DNA of 15,885 nucleotides, from the NCBI GenBank assembly GCA_964236955.1, contig CAXSGP010000103.1, positions 1-15,885 on the forward strand, given 5' to 3'. A program made the translations under genes and the position numbers. The DNA is from an uncultured Oligoflexus sp. (lineage in GTDB: Bacteria; Bdellovibrionota_B; Oligoflexia; Oligoflexales; Oligoflexaceae). The notes beneath the pieces were generated by a model. The model was not told the origin of the DNA, made no database searches, and saw only the letters and a program-made list of their open reading frames with translations. This document shows, in pieces, positions 1-6,831 of this stretch. Positions within the stretch are counted from its first letter, which is position 1. Every line of letters begins with the position of its first letter.

Positions 1-92
1 CCTTTGCGAGGCTTCGAACTGGAGGTAGAGCGTTTCGGTCGAGCTGCGCTCATTATCGCTCCGAAGTCCAAGCGTCCCTAACGGGTACTGTT
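1..92. repeat. Direct repeat copy 1 (cut by the window edge, may be longer); pairs with 4888-4979
   Basis: Manual alignment of 1-92 with 4888-4979: 87/92 identical, first 55 nt identical, mismatches at 56, 59, 62, 71, 73. Similarity stops after ...ACGGGTACTGTT. Confidence 0.97.
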
Positions 93-111
93 CCATAATC
101 CGATTGGCTTC

Positions 112-495
112 TAGTACCTCGTCCAATAAGTTTTTCCCTATCCCGTATTTTTCGGATCGTATTGAAAGCTCTTCCTTGCCTTTGTTTTCGTGAAACGCCA
201 TTGGATCAGGGGCGCCTTTTTATTGGTTCTTTTATTCTAGGCTGACGTCTGAGCCTTGAGGTACATAATGTTGCCGATGCGGCCATTTCCTAAGCATTGG
301 TGTGAATGCATGCCAATGGCAATTTCAGCTTGATTGAGCCAACTCGCATGCTTAGGTGTATAGTGAAATTCGAACCTTTCCCAAAGCCTTGTCCCTACGG
401 CTTCCCCTAAAGAATCAGTTAGGGCTTTTTTAGTATGTAGGCTCAGGTTGTCCATGCCCAACGTAATTTTGATTGCATCAGGATAGTATTGAAGT
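112..495 (-). mobile_element. Decayed IS630-family insertion sequence remnant (3' part of transposase plus probable terminal end)
   Basis: Minus frame reads YYPDAIKITLGMDNLSLH...LWERFEFHYTPKHASWLNQAEIAIG...CLG, containing the second D and the E of the IS630 DDE motif. After an in-frame TAG at 237-239 (a Trp position) it continues NKRTNKKAPLIQWRFTKTKARKSFQY to a stop at 138-140. It ends in GGACGAGGTAC|TA (CTAG at 111-114), consistent with an IS630 end and TA target. The N-terminal half and the other inverted repeat were not found; the remnant may extend to ~600. Confidence 0.88.
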
Positions 496-549
496 AGAGC
501 AAGGACGAATCTTACTCGATTTAAGAATGCGCCTCATCGGCTACGAGCT

Positions 550-1614
550 TCACTTGAAACCACTACGCGAGCGAACTCCCGATATTCCTGTAATTCTGGC
601 TTTGATTCTTAAGTCAGAAGCAGGCAAAACGGGGTGTAATACTTTTAATCCATACCTTTGGGCTTTCACCTGTAACGTTTCAATTCCGAAGGTGAAATCG
701 ATATCGCTAACACTGCGGCTTACAATATTCTCGGTTTCGGAATGCCGCAGGGCCTCAACCAAAGCATACAAACGGTTGAGAGAATCCTTCACCGCGACTC
801 GCAAAGTCGGAAGCTCACTGTCTGGGGCTAATATAAGCCTCTCAAAGGTTCCGAGTGGGGCTCTCATGTCATGGGTGAGCATTTGGGCCATATGGGCAAC
901 GGCGCGCTCCTTGACGAGCATGATCATCTCGAGCTCATTAGCCTTGATATTCTGCCATTGTTGCCTGAAAACCTCGAAGAGGTGTTCAACTTCAAGGAAA
1001 GTAAGCTTGCGTTTATCGACAGAGTTCTGATCGATATTTTCAAAGCTGTTAACCGTCGCTACTAGGAATGAAACGGACTTATTGTAAGTCCCGGCGAGCG
1101 AGCGAAATGTCCTACTTGAAAAGCGCCCGATCGAGAAAATACCGGTTATAAGCAGCGAGAACCAAATTGCAGGCATCCAGAGATCCAGAGGCTTGGCCAG
1201 TTTCAAGCGAAATTCTCTATTCAAAACATCCGCAATATGGTGATCTGAGACAAAGCAAAGCTTCCCCCGCACGAATGCAAATGAATTCGACTGTGAGCCG
1301 ATCTCGTCGGAACTGACTATTCCGGTAGTATTTCTGCCGTATTTGTCAGAATGATAATATAGGAATGCAGCCGCAAACTCTTTTTCCGTTAAGGACTTGA
1401 GGTGTGCATCAAGGGCGAATGTGTCCCCCAGCTTTATCGATTGAGTAATGAAAAGGCGAGATGACTCAACGCTACTCGTCGTCGTCTTAATGATGTCGAT
1501 ATAGAGGAAATAACCATATGCCAGGACAAACACGAGCGAGAGACGCAAGGAAATCCTTCGAGAAAAACTCCTAGATGTTTTTTGTGAATGCGCGTCGATG
1601 CTTGGCGTCGTCAT
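550..1614 (-). pseudogene. Membrane sensor histidine kinase, C-terminally truncated (2 TM + periplasmic domain + HisKA; HATPase missing)
   Basis: TM1 LSLVFVLAYGYFLYI and TM2 LWMPAIWFSLLITGIFSI flank a ~100-aa extracytoplasmic loop. H-box AQMLTHDMRAPL (His codon 871-873) is followed by the DHp helix DSLNRLYALVEAL. No N/G1/F/G2 boxes occur before the stop, and IS630 sequence follows. The start overlaps the upstream stop (ATGA at 1611-1614). Confidence 0.85.
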
Positions 1615-2495
1615 TGTCCCCTAATTGTCCCTTCAAACTCTTGCAACATGTACCGTCCTACATCTGTGAAGTTGCACTTGGCTCTTAAATCAAATAAGGA
1701 TGCCTGCATACTCTCGGTGTATTTTGCGCGTCTTGCATGAACGAAGGCCGATGTACTCCTATCAATGTTAGATTTTGACAGCTCATCACAGGCATATATC
1801 ATAAACGCCAAAGCCGCGATTGCATGGTATGTTTGCATTGCAGGACGCATAGTTTTACGCACTCCGGAATAAACGGGAATCTTCTTTTGGCCATTCACAA
1901 TCATAGAGTCGGCAGTTTGGTAGTTCATCAGGGATTGATGCCCAAGCTCGTGAGCCATCGAAATTGCCAGCTTATACGCTGCGAATTCACCATGCCGCGG
2001 CGCAAGAAAGATGGCGCCCTTCGCATGATGATTACTGAAACCACGTTCGAATTCCAGAGTCTCGTCAAGCGGGAGTACAACATCTATCAGCTTTGGAAAG
2101 ACTGCTGAAAAATACTCTGATGTGCCTGTTAGCAGCTTGTAGGCTTTCTGGAACATAAGGTTTGTGTGCTCAACTCTTTCGACATCCGATGAGTTGAGAA
2201 CATCCCACTCAGATAAGGCATCCAGAACTAGGCTCTCACCACGTTTGAATGTTTTGAGAACTTTCAGTTTTTCCAAGCCATCTGGCGGTAGAGATATCGA
2301 TGGCCGAGAGTATGTTTCAAAGAGCAACGTCCCAACTTTTCCTTTTTCGAGGAATTCATCAATACCCATCCATGGACTATAAGACAGGCCGTAGAGGGAG
2401 TAACGCTCCTGAATTCTCTCAACATACCGTTTCCGAACTTCGGCAGCTAATGTGACGAGTCTTTGGGCCCCCACTTGGCCAAACATGAGACTCAT
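1611..2495 (-). CDS. HEXXH-motif putative peptide-modification protein (aKG-HExxH family), 294 aa
   Basis: Motif series GFS..HAKGAIFL, AISMAHELGHQSL (HExxH at 1938-1952) and YSGVRKTMRPAMQTYHAIAA, matching the family pattern S-P/G-x-R-xxx-R-P-xxxx-H-A with a third His. No signal peptide. ATGA overlaps at both ends. Confidence 0.85.
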   Translation of the reverse strand: MSLMFGQVGAQRLVTLAAEVRKRYVERIQERYSLYGLSYSPWMGIDEFLEKGKVGTLLFETYSRPSISLPPDGLEKLKVLKTFKRGESLVLDALSEWDVLNSSDVERVEHTNLMFQKAYKLLTGTSEYFSAVFPKLIDVVLPLDETLEFERGFSNHHAKGAIFLAPRHGEFAAYKLAISMAHELGHQSLMNYQTADSMIVNGQKKIPVYSGVRKTMRPAMQTYHAIAALAFMIYACDELSKSNIDRSTSAFVHARRAKYTESMQASLFDLRAKCNFTDVGRYMLQEFEGTIRGQ

Positions 2496-3964
2496 TGCCA
2501 GCGCACCCTGTCCAGAAAGAAGCTAACAGAACTTCTCTGTTTACCAACGCTCACATGTGACCTCTTATTTACCCAGAAGATAGGAGGGGTAGCGTGGGTT
2601 TGCACGGCAATCGTTTGATCCTTCATATGCTCCGACAGCTTCACAATTGCCTGAACTTTTACATCAAAAGACGGGGCGTTAGCTGCCTCGGCGAAAAGCT
2701 TATCAAAGGTGGCATCGCCCCTGGGAAAATTCCTCTCCAGCGGACTGCCATCAATGAAAAATGAGAATTGAAGCAATGGATCGGGACTCGAAACGTTGAT
2801 TTCAATGAGCCTGATCGGGGATGTATCGTGGGTGGCGAACTTGTCCCATCCCCCGACAAAGCGAGTTTTTATCCCAATTTCATTAATCTGCCGCTCGATT
2901 TCCTGCAAGTAAGGGCCCACATCTTTGCGGAGAGCAGGGATAACCATCTCTTGGGATAAGAGTCTCTTCGGAACTTTGGCTAAATACTCACGGGCAAGGG
3001 AGAGATTGTAAAAATCGGTATATTCAGAGCTGCCCCAAAAGCTTGGAGGAACGATTTCGCAAGCAGGTTGGGCGTGTTTGGAGATGAGTGAGGCGATCTT
3101 CCTTCTTTCCAATCCATGTTGAATAGCCTTGCGAAAATTCTTGTCGCGACCAAGCTCTGTGTCGTAATTGAAAAGGATGTGTCCAATCCAGTCGTGCTTA
3201 GTTTGAATCGTGATCTCTTCAGGATCCTCTATGGAGCTGCCTCCGACGGTAGAAATATCAATGTTTTGCCCAGCTGCGTTCTTCATTAACAAATTAATCT
3301 TCTGGATCACACCCCTCACTTGAGCAACGAGCTGGTATATTCCCTTTGTTGGTTCAGCTTTTTCGACTCTATAAACACCAGCACCCACTGGTAATGATTT
3401 CCAACTAAAATAGTCATCTTTCAACTCTTCAATGGGAACCAAGGGCACATCAATCAAAGAGTGCAAGAATGTGGGATTATAAGAAGACACTTCTATTGAA
3501 AGCGTCCTCTCGTCAATGATCTTGATACCTGAAACAGTGCCACTCACGAATTTACCACCCGACTTGAGTGTGTCAATCCCCTTGACGATTCGCACATAGG
3601 CTTTTTCGAAGCTCGGATGTTGCATGAGGTACCAGCGCTGTAGGCTAAATTCGACATCGGTACTGAGCACGGGACGGCCATTGTGAAATTTAAGACCTTT
3701 GCGGACTTTGAAGATATACTTCTTTGCCTCAAAGTCCCAGCTCCAGTCTTCGAGAAGGCCAGGTTCGACAATGAGGCTATCGCTAATATTTACCAAATAT
3801 CCGAATACGGCATGCTTGAAAGGCTTTTTTGCAGAAACCGGAGCATCAATATTCCATGGCTCATCGCCCTGAGTCGACAATTGAACCGTCAAAGTTTTTT
3901 CCATACTCATAACCTCATTCAAGCAAAGAACCACACTGAAAGCGGCAAATATCCAGCGTTTCAC
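2492..3964 (-). CDS. ABC-type solute-binding protein, family 5 (OppA/DppA/NikA-like), ~490 aa
   Basis: Family signature VEPGLLEDWSW...YIFKVRKGLKFHNGRPVLSTDVEFSLQR, plus PVGAGVYRV and FRKAIQHGLER. Start placed at GTG 3964 (GGAG 7 nt upstream, then VKRWIFAAFSVVLCL signal-like segment) instead of 4030. Confidence 0.9.
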   Translation of the reverse strand: MKRWIFAAFSVVLCLNEVMSMEKTLTVQLSTQGDEPWNIDAPVSAKKPFKHAVFGYLVNISDSLIVEPGLLEDWSWDFEAKKYIFKVRKGLKFHNGRPVLSTDVEFSLQRWYLMQHPSFEKAYVRIVKGIDTLKSGGKFVSGTVSGIKIIDERTLSIEVSSYNPTFLHSLIDVPLVPIEELKDDYFSWKSLPVGAGVYRVEKAEPTKGIYQLVAQVRGVIQKINLLMKNAAGQNIDISTVGGSSIEDPEEITIQTKHDWIGHILFNYDTELGRDKNFRKAIQHGLERRKIASLISKHAQPACEIVPPSFWGSSEYTDFYNLSLAREYLAKVPKRLLSQEMVIPALRKDVGPYLQEIERQINEIGIKTRFVGGWDKFATHDTSPIRLIEINVSSPDPLLQFSFFIDGSPLERNFPRGDATFDKLFAEAANAPSFDVKVQAIVKLSEHMKDQTIAVQTHATPPIFWVNKRSHVSVGKQRSSVSFFLDRVRWQ

Positions 3965-3983
3965 AGACGAACTCCAACCCTTA

Positions 3984-4220
3984 TTATTTGGCGGTACTAC
4001 ATGTGCCATCCAGCTCCGCGTCTGTTTCAACTTTTGTTAGATCTATTCGCCGCAAAAGCATAGAGAATATGTCAGATAGCACCCATACGCATACCTTGGG
4101 TAGGTCTTCTGTTTGCTGCTTCTCGAACGATGCAGAAGGATTTGTGGTGTCTTCTGCGAATGATGCGGAAGGGAGAGACGCGAGCAGAAGTGAAAGTCCG
4201 ACATTTTTCTTAATCGACAT
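3984..4220 (-). CDS. Small secreted peptide, candidate precursor peptide (78 aa)
   Basis: MSIKKNVGLSLLLASLPSASFA|EDTTNPSASFEKQQTEDLPKVCVWVLSDIFSMLLRRIDLTKVETDAELDGTCSTAK. AGGTG lies 7 nt before ATG 4220 (alternative ATG at 4226). Classical n/h/c Sec signal. Tandem TAA TAA stop, 19 nt before the SBP start. Confidence 0.72.
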   Translation of the reverse strand: MSIKKNVGLSLLLASLPSASFAEDTTNPSASFEKQQTEDLPKVCVWVLSDIFSMLLRRIDLTKVETDAELDGTCSTAK

Positions 4221-4342
4221 AGTCATGCACCTGTATTGAAATAATAGTCTAAGTCGCGCACTTAGCCCGACTCTAACCAACTTTTTAAATTCACGGGGGC
4301 TTTTGCAAAGGACATGCCGCAAGGTGCCTCATGATTAAAATT

Positions 4343-4372
4343 ACTATATTTTTAGGCTTCTCTTAAGCGGAA
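4343..4372 (-). promoter_or_regulatory. Possible sigma70 promoter of the peptide operon
   Basis: Minus strand TTCCGC-N18-TATAGT in an AT-rich stretch: good -10, weak -35, which could indicate activator dependence. Confidence 0.3.
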
Positions 4373-4411
4373 CGAACAGTTCTCGTTGCTTGTAATAAGT
4401 CAAATCTATCG

Positions 4412-4446
4412 ATCCCTCCTAAATTTGGGAGGGTATCCCTCCCAAA
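4412..4446. repeat. Triple direct/inverted repeat, possible operator
   Basis: ATCCCTCCTAAA (4412-4423), TTTGGGAGGG (4424-4433) and ATCCCTCCCAAA (4435-4446). The middle unit is the perfect reverse complement of 4437-4446 and a 9/10 reverse complement of 4414-4423. Confidence 0.6.
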
Positions 4447-4887
4447 AATGAAGAAAAACTCAACTTCGCATTGCCGGAACAATAGCCGCGTGAATGAGTT
4501 GCTGTCGAAGTTTTTATGTGGCGTGGAACGACTGAATGGCCTCGTTCTCGGCAGATCAGACTCTTGGCGGTCCATGCTCTTCGTTCCTACCCACTCGATG
4601 ACACTCTCCCGCTTCTGACTGCATTTGTGAGCGACGCGAGCGAAAATGAAGACCAAGTTGCTATCAGTCTTATCGAGGATATCCTTGGTTTTTGGTATTG
4701 TATGGACTCGTAATGCCATCAAGCCAGACCAGCCCATGTCTTGAACGCGTGTAACCTTGCCTTCCAATCCTTTGATTTGGGTATTGAGTGAAGTGAGCTA
4801 TGGCGTTGCGACTTCGGGATGAGCATCAGTCGCGATCAGAAGGCGATCGCGGTACTCTTTTGCAGTCATGAAATCGACGGCGTTAGT

Positions 4888-4979
4888 CCTTTGCGAGGCT
4901 TCGAACTGGAGGTAGAGCGTTTCGGTCGAGCTGCGCTCATTAACGTTCAGAAGTCCAGGGGTCCCTAACGGGTACTGTT
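4888..4979. repeat. Direct repeat copy 2; right boundary of the accessory patch
   Basis: 87/92 identical to 1-92; ends 34 nt from the stop codon of the gene at 5014. Confidence 0.97.
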
Positions 4980-5013
4980 ACCAGCGAGGCTCGGGCCAGG
5001 GCCAAAGCTTAGA

Positions 5014-6831
5014 TCAGTACGATCGCACTTCCATCGCATACTTGGCCTCCGGCATCCTGAGGAGACCGAGGCGTCGGGCCAAGATAAGCGGGCTGCCTGA
5101 GTTGCTGGGAAAGCCGATTGCATCGCTCAGATAAAGGTCAGCAAGATCGATACTTTCAAAATAACCCGCCTCAGTCAGAGCATGGGTCAGAAGATAAGCA
5201 AAGGTCGTAAGCAATCGATGCAGATAGCCAGGCCCACTTTCCAGCTCTTCGATGTTTCTTTGACTGCTGAGCTTTATAACCTCCGCATATTTTTTAATTT
5301 TCAGCACCCGGGCATCAAAATTGAAACTGCCGACCGGGGAGAAGGCCGCGTTGGTTTCTTTGACCGACACACGAAATTCTAAAAAGCGTTCCCAAAAGCG
5401 CGAACTGCCTAAGAGAAACCAGCCCATGCCGGTCAACTGCTCCAGCATCTCGTTCCAGGTGTTGCCTGAGTCCTGACAGTAATAGATCAGCATCTGCATC
5501 ATAAGCAGCCGCACCCTGATAAGTAAGGGCTGCTCGGTCGTGTTTTTACGTACGCGGTAGACGCCATCAAATACATCCGTCACAGCCCTAAGCACCGACT
5601 GCAATCCTGGGTTATCCCCATAGATCTCGACGGTTTGCCGCGTCATCTTTTGTGAGGCGAGGGCCCAGCCCTGAAGGTCGGCATCCCGATAGCGACAGGT
5701 GAATTCCCGAAAAGCCCCAAACTTCATCGTGTAGCATTCCGGAGCCAGCTGGGCTGGACCGGTATACCAAGCGATCTTGGTGTTGAATTGCTGAATCTCA
5801 CTGCGCGAGTAGCGGCCGTTGAGGTGATTAAAAATGCCCTCAACCCCCTGTCGCACCACCTCGGCATCGGGAGCAAAGACGACGATACGGACACCCCGAT
5901 CAAGCAGACGGCAAAAGGTGGCCATGGGCGGCAGGGATTCGGTGATATCAAAATAGATCAGCTTCGGAATCGATTGCCGGCCCCAATTTTTAAGACGCGA
6001 CACCTCCTGCTTCAACCAATGTTCGTAGGTCGATTGCATCATAAAATGCGAGGCCGTATCGATGAGATCGCGATTGACCATTTTATAGGGAATCGGTTGG
6101 GTCGAGAGCTGCTGATAGCTTTGAATATGATTTTTTCCCACTTTGCTAAACTCAAGAGAGGGCCATAGATCCTGCTGCCAGCTGGGATGGTTGGGGACCT
6201 CCTTGCGTACAAAACCATCGGCTTCAATGGCCCCGATCTGCTGCTGCATCCAAGCGATGAGATTGCGGCGCCAGTCCTTCCAGGTTAAGGCCGCCGTGAT
6301 AACTCCACTTTGCACGGCTTCCTCTGCGGAAATCACGCTGCGATTCATCCACACCGTAGCGAGGGCCGGTTGCTTTTGCAGCTGCGCACCGAGCCACCCG
6401 AGCGATGACACCTGACCTATAGCAAACTCGGGAAAACCAAACCAAGTCTCCCGATCAAAGACGAAGCGTTTGTGGCAAGCCTGCATCAATTCAAACATCG
6501 TTCCACAGCAGTCCTTTTCCGTCGCATAGTTCCAGGGAATAGGCGAGGAGCGAATCATGCGCGTGAGTTTATGTAGGCGCAGCATGCGGGCCCGCAGCTG
6601 GTCGCGCAACAAGTCGTGGAAAAGCTCATGGAGCCAATCCTCGCTGGCATCATAGCAGGGAACCTTTTGCAGCCACAAAACGCCTTGCACTCGTTCCCTG
6701 GCAGCTTGATCGCAGGCAAAACGATAGAAATCCTCAAGTTGACCGATTTCCTTCTGCCCCTCGGTGCTCAGAGGGGAATGGGAGCAGACCCAATCGGCAA
6801 GGAGAAAATTATCGTGCTGTTCAAAGTTCAT
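5014..6831 (-). CDS. Highly diverged FadB/FadJ-like protein (crotonase + 3-hydroxyacyl-CoA dehydrogenase architecture), ~605 aa
   Basis: CCGTMFELMQACHKRF...FGFPEFAIG resembles the crotonase motif GGGLELALACHYR...LGLPEV.LG. ISAEEAVQSGVI is also crotonase-like. The C-terminal EAGYFESIDLADLYLSDAIGFPSNSGSP resembles the 3HCDH C-terminus. No GxGxxG is present. Start placed at ATG 6831 (ATGA overlap with the upstream stop). Confidence 0.7.
   Translation of the reverse strand: MNFEQHDNFLLADWVCSHSPLSTEGQKEIGQLEDFYRFACDQAARERVQGVLWLQKVPCYDASEDWLHELFHDLLRDQLRARMLRLHKLTRMIRSSPIPWNYATEKDCCGTMFELMQACHKRFVFDRETWFGFPEFAIGQVSSLGWLGAQLQKQPALATVWMNRSVISAEEAVQSGVITAALTWKDWRRNLIAWMQQQIGAIEADGFVRKEVPNHPSWQQDLWPSLEFSKVGKNHIQSYQQLSTQPIPYKMVNRDLIDTASHFMMQSTYEHWLKQEVSRLKNWGRQSIPKLIYFDITESLPPMATFCRLLDRGVRIVVFAPDAEVVRQGVEGIFNHLNGRYSRSEIQQFNTKIAWYTGPAQLAPECYTMKFGAFREFTCRYRDADLQGWALASQKMTRQTVEIYGDNPGLQSVLRAVTDVFDGVYRVRKNTTEQPLLIRVRLLMMQMLIYYCQDSGNTWNEMLEQLTGMGWFLLGSSRFWERFLEFRVSVKETNAAFSPVGSFNFDARVLKIKKYAEVIKLSSQRNIEELESGPGYLHRLLTTFAYLLTHALTEAGYFESIDLADLYLSDAIGFPSNSGSPLILARRLGLLRMPEAKYAMEVRSY

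Larger units (their letters stand above)
4363..4979 (-). pseudogene. Possible degraded gene fragment of unknown function
   Basis: One minus frame is open from ~4977 to 4363 except for a single TAG at 4798-4800 (…EVATP*LTSLNTQIKGLEGKVTRVQD…). No family recognised; the coding strand is uncertain. Confidence 0.3.

Noticed and set aside
1..201. Open minus frame MAFHENKGKEE... running off the window
   Set aside because: Its first ~30 codons are an alternative frame of the IS630 transposase tail and IS end, so this ATG is unlikely to be a real start.
473..1065. Plus-strand ORFs 473-1030 and 871-1065
   Set aside because: Antisense shadows of the kinase gene; no recognisable motifs.
1611..2495. Zinc metalloprotease call from HExxH alone
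   Set aside because: The surrounding GAI and RxxxRP...HA motifs fit the aKG-HExxH peptide-modification family better.
4881..4970. GTTAG...CTAAC pair resembling integron core sites
   Set aside because: Orientation is opposite to an attC (needs RYYYAAC...GTTRRRY), there is no extended internal dyad, and no integrase is present.
1..4979. CRISPR or DGR template/variable repeat interpretation of the direct repeat
   Set aside because: Only two copies 4.9 kb apart, no spacers or cas genes, no reverse transcriptase, and mismatches are not consistently at adenines of one copy.
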